Positions 18,341-28,095 of a stretch of 64,000 nt of DNA are shown here, piece after piece. Source of the stretch: Candidatus Latescibacterota bacterium (lineage in GTDB: Bacteria; Latescibacterota; UBA2968; UBA8231); assembly GCA_965261395.1 (NCBI GenBank), contig OZ253462.1, positions 128,001 to 192,000 of the forward strand, given 5' to 3'. A model generated the notes under the pieces. That model saw nothing but the letters and a program-made list of their open reading frames with translations, searched no databases and had not been told where the DNA came from. Position numbers and translations under genes: made by a program. Each line of letters opens with the position of its first letter. The stretch's first letter is position 1.

Positions 18341-18937
18341 TCAGAGCACACCCTTGGTCGAAGGAATGCCCTGGACCCGCTCGTTCCGCTGCGCAGCCAT
18401 CAGCAGGGCGCGGGCGAATGCCTTGAACAGGGCCTCAATACCGTGGTGGGCATTGTGTCCGCGCACGAGGTCGAGGTGCAGATTCATCCGGCCTTGATCG
18501 GCCACGGCGTAGAAAAACTCGCGCACCAAGGACACATCTAGCGCGCCGACCCGCTCCTCATTGAAGGCCGCGGCAAAAACCAGATAGGCTCGGCCCGACA
18601 AATCCACCACCGCCCGCGCCAGCGCTTCGTCCATGGGCACGTAGCTGTGACCGTAGCGTTGGATGCCAGCTTTGTCGCCCAAGGCTTGGCCGATGGCTTG
18701 GCCGAGGCAGATCCCTACGTCTTCCACGGTGTGGTGGGCATCCACGTGCAGGTCTCCTCGGCATTGGACTTCTAGATCGCACAGACCGTGCCGGGCCAAG
18801 GCGTGAAGCATGTGATCGAAAAAGCCGAGGCCAGTGTCAACGCGGCACTGGCCGCTGCCGTCGAGGCCTAGCTGCAACTCGATCTCGGTCTCGGTCGTCT
18901 GGCGCACAATCCGCGCCGTGCGTTGCTCTGCGCTCAT
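18341..18937 (-). CDS. hisB: Imidazoleglycerol-phosphate dehydratase
   Basis: FFDHML, DAHHTVED, PMDEAL, NAHHGIEALFKA. Confidence 0.97.
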   Translation of the reverse strand: MSAEQRTARIVRQTTETEIELQLGLDGSGQCRVDTGLGFFDHMLHALARHGLCDLEVQCRGDLHVDAHHTVEDVGICLGQAIGQALGDKAGIQRYGHSYVPMDEALARAVVDLSGRAYLVFAAAFNEERVGALDVSLVREFFYAVADQGRMNLHLDLVRGHNAHHGIEALFKAFARALLMAAQRNERVQGIPSTKGVL

Positions 18938-20238
18938 GGTGCGGTCCCCTGTTGGCGAATGCGGACGGCTTGCGCGTGGGCCTCAAGGCCCTCGGCCTGC
19001 GCCATGCGGGCGATGTGCTCAGCCGTGTCGGCCAACCGCTCGGGGGTGTAGGCGATGATGCTCGTCGTCTTGACGAAATCGGCCCACCCCAACGACGAGG
19101 CGTAGCGGGCCGCGCCCTGAGTCGGCAGCACGTGGTTGGTGCCGGCAAAGTAATCGCCGACCGGCTCGGTGGCCGCTGCGCCGAGGAACAGCGCGCCGCA
19201 GTGGCGAATGGAATCCACCCAGCGCCACGGGTCGGCCACCTGCAATTCGGCGTGTTCCGGCGCTAGGCGGTTGAGCAGCTCGATCCCCACGGCGAGGCTA
19301 GGAACCACGACAATCGCGCCGTATTCTGCTAGGGCCCTATCTATAATTGAATGGCGCGGCAGCGCCGCTCGCTGCACTTCGAGTTCCGCCTGCACGCGGC
19401 GCGCCAAGGCCGCGCAATCCGTAATGCACACGGACGCCACCCCCCAGCCGTGCTCGGCTTGCGCGAGCAAATCCGCGGCCACCAAGCGCGGATCAGCCGC
19501 CGCGTCGGCGAGCACCACGATTTCCGATGGACCGGGCAACAGCGCGATGCCCACGGTGCCGAAGACCTGCCGCTGCGCGGCCACCGTATAGGGGGAACCC
19601 GGGCCGACGATCTTGTGTACCGGCGGGATGCTCTCCGTGCCATAAGCCAGCGCCCCCACCGCCTGCGCCCCGCCCACGGCGTACACCTCGTCAATGCCCA
19701 ACAAGCGCGCAGCCGCCGCAATTACTGGGGCTGGCCGACCGGCCGCCACCGGCGGCGTGACCACGCAGAGCTGGTCCACGCCAGCCACCTGCGCGGGCAC
19801 GGCCGTCATCAGCAGGCTCGAAAACAGCGGCACCTCGCCAGCCGGGACACACAGCCCCACCCGCTCGATGGGCGTGATTTTCTTACCCAGCACCACCCCG
19901 TCGCCATCTTCGACAAACCAAGAGTTGAGTTTTTGCCGCTCGTGGAAGGCGCGGATATTGGCTACCGCCGCCTCCATAGAAGCACGCAGGCGCGGATCGA
20001 GCGCGGCCTCGGCCTCGGCGAGTACAGACGCCGACACCCGCAACTGCCCGGGGCATATCTCCACGCCATCGAAGCGCTGCGTCAGCGCGCACAACGCGGC
20101 ATCACCTTCTTCCCGCACCTGCCGCAGAATGTCCCGCACCGCATCCTCGACCTCGGAATCGGACTCGGGACGACGCGCCAACAGCGCGGCCAGCGGGGCG
20201 GCCAGCGGCTCGGCGGGATAGGACGCAATGGGCACCAT
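18934..20238 (-). CDS. hisD: Histidinol dehydrogenase
   Basis: GGAQAVGALAYGTE, GPSE, DLLAQAEH, APEH, GDYFAGTNHVLPT, EGLEAHA; start at MVPIASY overlapping the hisG stop. Confidence 0.96.
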   Translation of the reverse strand: MVPIASYPAEPLAAPLAALLARRPESDSEVEDAVRDILRQVREEGDAALCALTQRFDGVEICPGQLRVSASVLAEAEAALDPRLRASMEAAVANIRAFHERQKLNSWFVEDGDGVVLGKKITPIERVGLCVPAGEVPLFSSLLMTAVPAQVAGVDQLCVVTPPVAAGRPAPVIAAAARLLGIDEVYAVGGAQAVGALAYGTESIPPVHKIVGPGSPYTVAAQRQVFGTVGIALLPGPSEIVVLADAAADPRLVAADLLAQAEHGWGVASVCITDCAALARRVQAELEVQRAALPRHSIIDRALAEYGAIVVVPSLAVGIELLNRLAPEHAELQVADPWRWVDSIRHCGALFLGAAATEPVGDYFAGTNHVLPTQGAARYASSLGWADFVKTTSIIAYTPERLADTAEHIARMAQAEGLEAHAQAVRIRQQGTAP

Positions 20239-21116
20239 CAATACACCACCTTGTTGAGCGGGTATTCGATGATGCCTTCGGCCCCGAGCCGCTTGAGCTG
20301 GGGAATCAGCTCGCGCACCACGCGCTCGTCGGCGACGATTTCCAGCGCCACCCATTCGGCGTCCATCTGGCTGGAGACCGTGGGCGTGTGCAGGGCCGGC
20401 AGCCGGGCGATGACGCGTTCGAGCTGGTCGAGCGGCACGTTCATCTTGAGGCCGACCTTGTGCTCGGCTTCGAGCGCGCCCTTGAGCAGCATCAGCAAAT
20501 TCTCGGCCTGCTCTCGCTTCCAGCCATCGGCCCACGCGGCCTTGTTGGCAATCAAGCGCGGCGTCGATTCGCAGACCGTATCGACGATGCGCAGCCGGTT
20601 GGCCTTGAGCGATGCGCCGGTCTCGGTCGCCTCGACGATAGCGTCCACCAGCCCGGGAATGCCGGCCTTGACCTCGGTCGCACCCCACGAAAACTCCACC
20701 TCGGCCTCCACGCCGCGCGCCTGCAAGAAGCGGCGGGTCGCGCCGACTAGCTCGCTGGCGATGCGGCGGCCCTGCAGGTCTTCGACGCATTGGATGGCGG
20801 AATCCTCGGGCACGGCAATGACCCAGCGCAAGGGCCGCGCCGTGCTCTTGCTGTAGGTCAGCTCGCCAACTTCGACTACCTCGGCCTCGCTTTCGAGGAT
20901 CCAATCTCGGCCCGTCAGGCCCACATCGACGACGCCGCGCGCCACGTACTGGGCGATTTCCTGCGCCCGGAACATCAGGCCCGCGATCTGGGGATCGTCG
21001 ATGTCGGGCACGTACGAGCGCGGCGCGAGCCGCACCCGATAGCCAGCGCGGACAAACAGATCAAACGTGGACTCCTGCAAGCTCCCGGACGGGAAGCCGA
21101 TCTTCAATTCCTTCAT
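20238..21116 (-). CDS. hisG: ATP phosphoribosyltransferase, long form
   Basis: PSGSLQE, DVGLTGRDW, GATE, ETGASLKANRL, C-terminal regulatory domain (PTVS...GAEGI). Confidence 0.96.
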   Translation of the reverse strand: MKELKIGFPSGSLQESTFDLFVRAGYRVRLAPRSYVPDIDDPQIAGLMFRAQEIAQYVARGVVDVGLTGRDWILESEAEVVEVGELTYSKSTARPLRWVIAVPEDSAIQCVEDLQGRRIASELVGATRRFLQARGVEAEVEFSWGATEVKAGIPGLVDAIVEATETGASLKANRLRIVDTVCESTPRLIANKAAWADGWKREQAENLLMLLKGALEAEHKVGLKMNVPLDQLERVIARLPALHTPTVSSQMDAEWVALEIVADERVVRELIPQLKRLGAEGIIEYPLNKVVY

Positions 21117-22051
21117 TTCGCTCCTAACTCAGTTCCTCTCATCGCCTCGGCGACTTGGGGGCTTAGCTTGTACAGGGCTTGCCGCGCTGTGGTCTGGTCT
21201 TTTTCCGTGCCCTCTTTCATCAGCCGCTGCAAGTGCGGCACGGCCCGCTCATCGCCCACCTCGGCGAGGGCCTGCACGGCTTTGCTGCGGATGCTCTGCA
21301 ACTCGTCGGCGTCGAGGGCGACTAGCAGGGCCTCGTAGATGGCGTTGCGGGCAGGCGCACCGAGCGTCGCATGGCCGATGTGGCCGAGGGCCTGCACGGC
21401 CACGTAGCGCACCTCATCCGAGGGGTCCAGCGACATGCGGATGACCTCTTCCACTGCGTCGCGGTACCCGTAGGCGCGCAGGCTCTGCAAGGCGGCGATC
21501 CGCCACTTGGGCTTGGCGGCGCGCAAGGCGCGGCGCACCACGCGGAAGGCCGAGTCGCTCAAGGCCGGCTCGGCTGCGTACGAATGGCACGGGCCGAGCG
21601 CGCCGAGCACGTATTGGCGTACTTCTACCGTGGGGTCGCGCACGTACTTGAGCAGCGGGGCGAGCGCAGTGGGCGAGCCGATCTGGCCCAGCGCCCACGC
21701 GGCCGCGGCCGCCACCCGCGGCGACCGGTCTTTTAGGGACGCGACCAAAGTCGGCACGGCGCGCTCGTCCTTAAAGCGACCCAGCAGGTGCATCACCTCA
21801 AACCGCACGCGGATGTAGCCGGAGTCGGCCTCCTCGATCAGCAGCGGTACGACCTCGTCGGCGTCGAAGCGGATGAGCTGGTTGGCGGCTTTGGTGCGCT
21901 CGACTTTTTGCCTGCTTTCGAGCTGGTGAATGTACTCTTCGGGCGAGGCCCCCCCACACGCGAGGCCCAAACCCGCGCACAGCAATAAGGCCCACAGGGC
22001 GAGTCGCGTACTGCTGCCAAATTTTTGCTTTTTAAAAAAAGTGCTGGCCAT
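21113..22051 (-). CDS. HEAT-repeat protein, probable lipoprotein
   Basis: Hydrophobic N-terminus with GLAC lipobox; repeated VR..A..ALG.IG and AVPxL motifs. Confidence 0.8.
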   Translation of the reverse strand: MASTFFKKQKFGSSTRLALWALLLCAGLGLACGGASPEEYIHQLESRQKVERTKAANQLIRFDADEVVPLLIEEADSGYIRVRFEVMHLLGRFKDERAVPTLVASLKDRSPRVAAAAAWALGQIGSPTALAPLLKYVRDPTVEVRQYVLGALGPCHSYAAEPALSDSAFRVVRRALRAAKPKWRIAALQSLRAYGYRDAVEEVIRMSLDPSDEVRYVAVQALGHIGHATLGAPARNAIYEALLVALDADELQSIRSKAVQALAEVGDERAVPHLQRLMKEGTEKDQTTARQALYKLSPQVAEAMRGTELGAK

Positions 22052-22194
22052 ATCGCGTTCTCTATTCAATGATTTAGATATGTATGGAAGCGTCTAAGGA
22101 GTTTGCGGAGGCTACTGTTTATTCAATATATATAGGGTACGTATTTAAAATAAGGGCCGACCATAACATCGTCCACTGCACCCGTTTCCCGTCT

Positions 22195-22223
22195 TTGACA
22201 ATACTCCTAGTGACTTTTATACT
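22195..22223 (+). promoter_or_regulatory. Sigma70-type promoter for the Rdx selenoprotein/TPR/rdgB unit
   Basis: TTGACA-17 nt-TATACT, followed by RBS AGGAGG. Confidence 0.75.
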
Positions 22224-22254
22224 TTTTCAACCCCTATTCCACAGGAGGTTCCCC

Positions 22255-22488
22255 GTGAACTTGGAACTCATTTATTGCTCTGCTTGAGGCTACGAAACCA
22301 AAGCCGCCAGTTTGGCGGAACAGTTACTCGTCGCCTATAAGCAAGACATCGCCGCCTTCTCGCTAGTGCCCTCAGACCGGGGGCGGTTTGAACTCAGCCT
22401 CGATGGCGAACTGATCTTTTCCAAGCTGCAAGAAGGTCGCTTTCCCGACGCCGGCGAAGTCGAGGCCCAGCTCGACGCCCGTCGCTAA
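22255..22488 (+). CDS. Rdx (SelW/SelT/SelH-like) selenoprotein, CxxU, 77 aa
   Basis: Missed by ORF track. MNLELIYCSA-U(TGA 22285-22287)-GYETKAASLAEQLL...GRFELSLDGELIFSKLQEGRFPDAGEV; RBS AGGAGG; typical Rdx C-terminal motifs. Confidence 0.92.
22304..22318 (+). promoter_or_regulatory. Candidate bacterial SECIS hairpin
   Basis: CCGCCA-GTT-TGGCGG; loop begins with G about 22 nt after the in-frame UGA. Confidence 0.65.
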
Positions 22489-22527
22489 ACGCCTGCCCAC
22501 TCCTTTCACTGTATAGGAGGACCCGTT

Positions 22528-23586
22528 TTGAAGTACTGCCGCTTGCTCAGTTTCGCCCTCGCGCTTTTGAGCGCGCCGGCCCTCGCCCAGTCGCCCGAAG
22601 CCCTCGATTACTTCCGCGAGGGCTACGACTCGGTCAAAAAGGGCAACTATCGCAACGCCGTCATCGAGCTCGAAAAGTCCGTGGCGGCCGATTCCTCCTA
22701 CGGCAACGCCCACTACGTCCTCGGCCTTTCCTACAAGGCCCTCAACGAATACGACAAAGCCATCGGCAGCTTTACCGCGGCCTGGGTCCTCGGCACCAAG
22801 CCGGAACAGGCCGCTAAGGCCCTAGCCCAGCTCTATCAAAAGGCCGCCCTCAACAGCTTTCGGCAAAAGAAATACCGCGAGTCCATCAACTATTTCACTA
22901 AAGTGCGCGACTTCAGCACCCAAAGCGCCCAAGCGCTCTACGTCATGGGCCTTGCCCACAGTGGCCTGCACGAAAAAGACAAGGCCAAGGTGGCTTTTGC
23001 CGAGGCCATAGCAGCCGATCCCACCGACGCCAGGCCCTACAATGCCCTCGGCGACATCCAGCGCCTCAGCCGCGACTACGGCAAAGCCATCGTCACCTAC
23101 CAGCGTGCCATAGAGGCCAACCCCGCGTACATGGAATCATACGGCGACTTGGCGCGGTTGAAGTTCAATACCCAAGACACAGAGGGTGTCGTGCCGCTTC
23201 TGCAAAAAGCCCTAAAGATCGACGCCACGTACGCCGAAGGGCAGCGCTTGCTCGGCATTGCGCTCAACCAACTCGGCCGGTTCGACGAGGCCATTGCCCC
23301 GCTGAACAAGGCAGCCGATCTAGACAAGGCCTACTGCGAGACGCATTACCGGCTGGGCGAGGCCCACTACGGCATGGGCAACTTCCGCCAAGCCATTGAG
23401 CACACCCGGCGCGCCACGAGTTGCCAATCTGACTACCGAGCCGCCGAAGTGCTACTGGGCGACGCGCATTTTCAGCTAGACCAACGACAGGAAGCGCGGC
23501 GCTGGTACAACCGAGCGGTAAAAGACACCCGCTACAAGGACTACGTAGCGAGCAAACTCTCAGAGATTGACGAGCAGCCCCAATAG
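22528..23586 (+). CDS. Secreted tetratricopeptide-repeat protein
   Basis: Signal peptide ending ALA; many TPR motifs (AHYVLG, PYNALG, THYRLG). Confidence 0.9.
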   Translation: MKYCRLLSFALALLSAPALAQSPEALDYFREGYDSVKKGNYRNAVIELEKSVAADSSYGNAHYVLGLSYKALNEYDKAIGSFTAAWVLGTKPEQAAKALAQLYQKAALNSFRQKKYRESINYFTKVRDFSTQSAQALYVMGLAHSGLHEKDKAKVAFAEAIAADPTDARPYNALGDIQRLSRDYGKAIVTYQRAIEANPAYMESYGDLARLKFNTQDTEGVVPLLQKALKIDATYAEGQRLLGIALNQLGRFDEAIAPLNKAADLDKAYCETHYRLGEAHYGMGNFRQAIEHTRRATSCQSDYRAAEVLLGDAHFQLDQRQEARRWYNRAVKDTRYKDYVASKLSEIDEQPQ

Positions 23587-23591
23587 CCGCG

Positions 23592-24200
23592 ATGGCGCTG
23601 CTTCTGGCCTCGAACAACGCCGGCAAGCTGCGCGAAGTCCGCGCCCTGTTCGCCGATGTCGAGGTCCTCGCACCGGCGGCACTGGGCCTTGACCTCTGCG
23701 TCGAGGAAAGCGGTCAGACCTTTGCCGCCAACGCCCAACTCAAGGCCCGCGCCTATGCCGCGGCCAGCGGACAAATCGCCCTCGCCGACGACTCCGGGCT
23801 TGAGGTGGATGCCCTCGGCGGTGCGCCTGGGATCTACTCGGCTCGCTACGGCGGCCCCGACCTCGACGACGCCAGCCGATGCCGGCTCTTGCTCGCCCAG
23901 CTTGCGCCCTATCCCGAGCCAGCCCAACGCCGTGCTCGGTTCCGCTGCGTCCTCTGCGCAGCAAGTCCCGACGGCCACCACTGCCAAGCCGAGGGCACCT
24001 GTGAAGGGCTAATCGCCCCGGCCCCAGCCGGGACCAACGGCTTTGGCTACGATCCGGTCTTTTTGCTCCCCGCCTACGCCAAAACTATGGCCCAGCTCGA
24101 CCCGCACATAAAAAATCGGCTCAGTCACCGCGCCCAAGCGCTGGCGGCCATGCGCCCGCTGCTGGCCAGCACCTTTCCCGAGCTTGCCCTCTCCCGCTAA
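23592..24200 (+). CDS. rdgB: Non-canonical purine NTP pyrophosphatase (HAM1 family)
   Basis: ASNNAGKLRE, ADDSGL, PGIYSAR, GFGYDPVF, KNRLSHRAQA. Confidence 0.95.
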   Translation: MALLLASNNAGKLREVRALFADVEVLAPAALGLDLCVEESGQTFAANAQLKARAYAAASGQIALADDSGLEVDALGGAPGIYSARYGGPDLDDASRCRLLLAQLAPYPEPAQRRARFRCVLCAASPDGHHCQAEGTCEGLIAPAPAGTNGFGYDPVFLLPAYAKTMAQLDPHIKNRLSHRAQALAAMRPLLASTFPELALSR

Positions 24201-25936
24201 TGTTTGGTCCGTTTTCCCAATACGCCCGTCCCTATCGAGGGCGCATCCTGCTCGGCGCGCTCTGCATCGGGTTGGGGCAGGCGGCGACGGCGCGCATCCC
24301 ACTGCTGGTGCGCGATGCCGTCGATGCGGTCTCGGCGACGGATCCTACCTCCGAGGAAGTCGCAACCTACGTCTTCCACATCCTCGCCTTAGCCTTGGGC
24401 GTGGCCTTGTGCGGCTATGTCATGCGGATACTGCTAGGCCGCGTCGCCAACCGCATCGAATACGACATCCGCACCGCGTATTTTGCCCACCTGCTCAAGC
24501 TGCCGCTGTCGTACTACCAGCAGCGCCGCACCGGCGACCTCATGGCGCGGGCGACCAACGATCTCCACTCGGTGCATATTTTTTGGGTCTATGGCATTCG
24601 CGGCATCGTCGATACCGCCTTGGGGCTGACCTTCACGCTCGCCTGTATGTGCCTGATCGACTGGAAGCTGGCTCTGCTGGTGCTGATACCCATGCCGCTT
24701 TTTAGCGTCGTGATGATCCGCATCGCCGCGGTCATCCACACCCGCTACAAGGCCATCCAAGAATACTTCGGTCAGATCAGCACCTTCATCCAGGAAAACC
24801 TCTCCGGCATCCGCGTGGTCCGGGCCTACACCCAAGAGCCAGCGCAAAACGCCGCGTTCGACCAACTCAATTTGGCGTACCTAGAAAAAAACCGCGCCTA
24901 TATCCTCACCCGCGCCAACTACCGGCCGCTCTCCTATGTCATCGCCGCGCTCTGCTTGGGGCTGAACTTGTGGCTGGGCGGGCGCGCAGTCATCGACGGC
25001 GAACTCAGCTTAGGGGCCTTCGTCGCCTTCAACGCCTACCTGACCCAACTGATCCGCCCGATCATGTACACCGGCTGGGTCATCGACCGCGCCCAGCGCG
25101 CCCTCGTGTCCATGCAGCGCATCAACGAGATCCTCGCCGTCGAGCCTGAAATCCAAGATCGCGCCCTGCCCCCGGCCAGTCCGCGCCCAATCGCCGGGCA
25201 CATCGCCTTCCGCCAGCTCAGCTTCTCCTACGGCGAGGAGCAAGTCCTACACCAGATTGATCTCGAAATTCCCCAAGGCGCGACCCTCGGCATCATCGGC
25301 CGCGTCGGCTCGGGCAAGACCACCCTAGCCCGCCTCGTGCCGCGCTTGATCCAAGCCGGGCCGGGGCAGCTGCTCATCGACGGGGTGCCGATCGAGGAAT
25401 GGCCCCTAGCGAGCTTGCGCGACGCCATCGGCTACGTCCCGCAAAACCCCTTTCTATTTTCCAACACCCTCCATGCCAACATCGCCTACGGCGCGGACTC
25501 GGCCGCTGCGGCCCAGATCCACGCCGCGGCCGAAGAGGCCCAGCTCAAAAAGGACATCGACCAATTCGACGAGGGCTTCGACACCCTCATCGGCGAGCGC
25601 GGCGTCACCCTGTCCGGCGGCCAGAAGCAGCGCGCGACCTTGGCCCGGGCGCTCATTCGCCGCCCGCAGATCCTCATCCTCGACGACTCGCTCTCCGCGG
25701 TGGACACCCACACCGAGGAAGCGATCCTCGACCACTTGCATACCCTCATGCAGGGCCGCACCACCCTCCTCATCGCCCACCGCATCTCGACCCTGCGCCA
25801 CGCCGACTACATCGTCGTCTTAGAAGAGGGCCGCATCGCCGAGCAGGGCACCCACGACGAGCTGGTCAACAGCGGCGGCTTCTACGCCGAGCTGTACCAG
25901 CGCCAGCAGCTTAGCGCCGAGCTAGAAACGCTGTGA
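24200..25936 (+). CDS. ABC exporter half-transporter (TMD+NBD), MdlA/YheI-like
   Basis: RTGDLMAR, GRVGSGKT, LSGGQKQR, degenerate Walker B ILDDSLSAVD. Confidence 0.92.
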   Translation: MFGPFSQYARPYRGRILLGALCIGLGQAATARIPLLVRDAVDAVSATDPTSEEVATYVFHILALALGVALCGYVMRILLGRVANRIEYDIRTAYFAHLLKLPLSYYQQRRTGDLMARATNDLHSVHIFWVYGIRGIVDTALGLTFTLACMCLIDWKLALLVLIPMPLFSVVMIRIAAVIHTRYKAIQEYFGQISTFIQENLSGIRVVRAYTQEPAQNAAFDQLNLAYLEKNRAYILTRANYRPLSYVIAALCLGLNLWLGGRAVIDGELSLGAFVAFNAYLTQLIRPIMYTGWVIDRAQRALVSMQRINEILAVEPEIQDRALPPASPRPIAGHIAFRQLSFSYGEEQVLHQIDLEIPQGATLGIIGRVGSGKTTLARLVPRLIQAGPGQLLIDGVPIEEWPLASLRDAIGYVPQNPFLFSNTLHANIAYGADSAAAAQIHAAAEEAQLKKDIDQFDEGFDTLIGERGVTLSGGQKQRATLARALIRRPQILILDDSLSAVDTHTEEAILDHLHTLMQGRTTLLIAHRISTLRHADYIVVLEEGRIAEQGTHDELVNSGGFYAELYQRQQLSAELETL

Positions 25937-27717
25937 GCACCGAACTCAACAAAGAAGAAGAAATCCAGCAGCGCGCCTTCAACTTGGGGCTGACGCTGCA
26001 ACTGTTGCGGTATCTCAAACCCCATCGCGGGCGCGTAGTCATCGCCTTCGGCACCATTGCCCTCGCCGCCGGTACCGGCCAGATCGGCCCCTATCTGACG
26101 CAGGTGGCTGTGGACGACTACATCGCCGTCGGCGACTGGTTGGGTTTGCGGTGGATGATCGCGGCCTTCTTTGGCAGTGTCGCCGTGCAGTACGGCGCTC
26201 AATATGCCCAGACCTTGGTCACCGGCATGATCGGCCAGCAGGTCATGTACGACATGCGCCGCGACCTCTTCGCCCACCTGCAACGGCTGCCGCTGCGCTA
26301 CTTCGACCGCACGCCGCTGGGCCGGATTATGACCCGCGCCACCAACGACATTGACGCCCTCAACGAATTTTTTAGCGAGGGCATCGTCTCGGTCTTTATG
26401 GACCTGTTCACCCTGCTGGCTATCGTCGGCTTCATGGCCTATATCGACCTTGAGCTCGCCCTGATCTGCTGCACGGTAGTCCCGGTCATCGCCACCTCGA
26501 CCTTCTACCTCCAAGGCCTAGCGGTGCGCGCCTATCGGGAGTTGCGCACGCGCCTAGCGCGGCTCAATGCCTATTTGCAGGAGAACATCACCGGCGTGGA
26601 GGTGGTGCAGCTCTTCAACCGCCAGCAGCGCAATTTGCGCGACTTCGACGCCGAGCACCTGCCCTATCGCCGCGCCGAAGACCGCGAAATCCACTGCTAT
26701 GCCATCTTCTTCCCCTTCACCGAACTACTCGGCACCTTCGGCATGGCGCTGGTGCTGTGGTACGGGGCCTCGGACGTGATCGACGGCCGCGTCGAGTTGG
26801 GGGTGCTGGTGGCCTTTCTCCAGTACATCCGCCGCTTCTTCCGCCCGATCATGGACATCTCCGACCGCTATGCCCTGTTGCAGAGCGCCATGGCCGCGTC
26901 TGAGCGCATCTTCGAACTGTTGGCCGTCCCCGGCGAACCCGCCGGCGGACCGCGGCGCAAGCTGCCGGTGGCCAGTCGCGGCGGCGCGATTGAATTCCGC
27001 AACGTGTTCTTCAAGTACGATCCAGCGGCCGCAGACTGGATTCTCAAGGATGTCTCGTTTGAACTACAGGCCGGGCAGAGCCTGGCGTTGGTCGGGGCCA
27101 CCGGCTCGGGCAAGACCACGATCGTCAGCCTGCTCTGCCGCTTCTACGACATCCAGCGCGGGGAAATCCTCGTCGATGGCCGCGACGTGCGCCAGTGGCA
27201 CGCCGCGGAATTGCGCCGCCGCATCAGCATCGTCCAGCAGGAGGTGTTCTTGTTTTCCGGGAATATCAGCGGCAACATCCGCCTCGGCGAGGACGCCATC
27301 GACGACGCCCAAGTCGAGCGCGCGGCCCGCTACGTCAATGCCGCGCCCTTTATCGAACGCCTCCCCCAAGGCTTTGCCCACGCCGTGGCCGAAGGCGGCT
27401 CAACCCTGTCGGCTGGCCAGCGCCAGTTGTTGGCCTTTGCCCGGGCCTTAGCCTTCGACCCGCAGATCCTCGTCCTCGACGAGGCCACCTCCAGCATCGA
27501 CACCGAGACCGAACAGCTCATCCAAGACGCCATCGCCAAGCTGATGCACGACCGCACCTCCATCGTCATCGCCCACCGCCTCTCGACCATCCGCAGTGCC
27601 GACCAAATCTTGGTAATGCACCGCGGCGAGGTGCGCGAGCGGGGCCGCCACGAAGAGCTGTTGCTCCAAGGCGGCATCTATGCGCGGCTCCACCACCTCA
27701 ACTACGGCCGATCTTAA
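25933..27717 (+). CDS. ABC exporter half-transporter (TMD+NBD), MdlB/YheH-like
   Basis: GATGSGKT, LSAGQRQL, VLDEATSSID; overlaps its partner by 4 bp. Confidence 0.92.
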   Translation: MSTELNKEEEIQQRAFNLGLTLQLLRYLKPHRGRVVIAFGTIALAAGTGQIGPYLTQVAVDDYIAVGDWLGLRWMIAAFFGSVAVQYGAQYAQTLVTGMIGQQVMYDMRRDLFAHLQRLPLRYFDRTPLGRIMTRATNDIDALNEFFSEGIVSVFMDLFTLLAIVGFMAYIDLELALICCTVVPVIATSTFYLQGLAVRAYRELRTRLARLNAYLQENITGVEVVQLFNRQQRNLRDFDAEHLPYRRAEDREIHCYAIFFPFTELLGTFGMALVLWYGASDVIDGRVELGVLVAFLQYIRRFFRPIMDISDRYALLQSAMAASERIFELLAVPGEPAGGPRRKLPVASRGGAIEFRNVFFKYDPAAADWILKDVSFELQAGQSLALVGATGSGKTTIVSLLCRFYDIQRGEILVDGRDVRQWHAAELRRRISIVQQEVFLFSGNISGNIRLGEDAIDDAQVERAARYVNAAPFIERLPQGFAHAVAEGGSTLSAGQRQLLAFARALAFDPQILVLDEATSSIDTETEQLIQDAIAKLMHDRTSIVIAHRLSTIRSADQILVMHRGEVRERGRHEELLLQGGIYARLHHLNYGRS

Positions 27718-27962
27718 GCCGCCTCTTCCTCCTGTGGGGCCTTTCCGCGCCGCGCCGCAATCCCGTCCACGGCCTTCACCACCTGGTCGCGCGTCTCCTC
27801 GGCTTGGCGCGCGATTAGACGCCGGGTGTCTTCGCCCTTGTGCGGGGCCAGTAACACGCCTATGGCCGCGCCGACCGCGATGCCGGCCATAAAACCGGCC
27901 AAGAGGCACGTCGTGCCGTTGGTTGAATGCTGCTGCCTGGGGTAAATCTTTTCGTAAAACAT
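27714..27962 (-). CDS. YtxH domain protein
   Basis: GFMAGIAVGAAIGVLLAPHKGEDTR matches the YtxH pattern. Confidence 0.8.
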   Translation of the reverse strand: MFYEKIYPRQQHSTNGTTCLLAGFMAGIAVGAAIGVLLAPHKGEDTRRLIARQAEETRDQVVKAVDGIAARRGKAPQEEEAA

Positions 27963-28016
27963 ACAAAGCTCCTTTGGCTATGGGTACATTCTATAATCTA
28001 AAGAAAACTAAGTGTC

Positions 28017-28045
28017 TTGAATAAAACCAATGCAATTTTTATACT
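28017..28045 (+). promoter_or_regulatory. Sigma70-type promoter upstream of guaB
   Basis: TTGAAT-17 nt-TATACT. Confidence 0.55.
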
Positions 28046-28095
28046 TTAAGGCTAAATCCTTCCCCCTTCCCCCCGCCAACGCTGAGAGGACTTCT

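Noticed and set aside
19351-20856. 501-aa plus-strand ORF
   Set aside because: Antisense to hisD/hisG, low-complexity composition.
18934-20904. 656-aa ORF as an extended HisD fusion
   Set aside because: The first ~220 aa overlap hisG in another frame; the real start is 20238.
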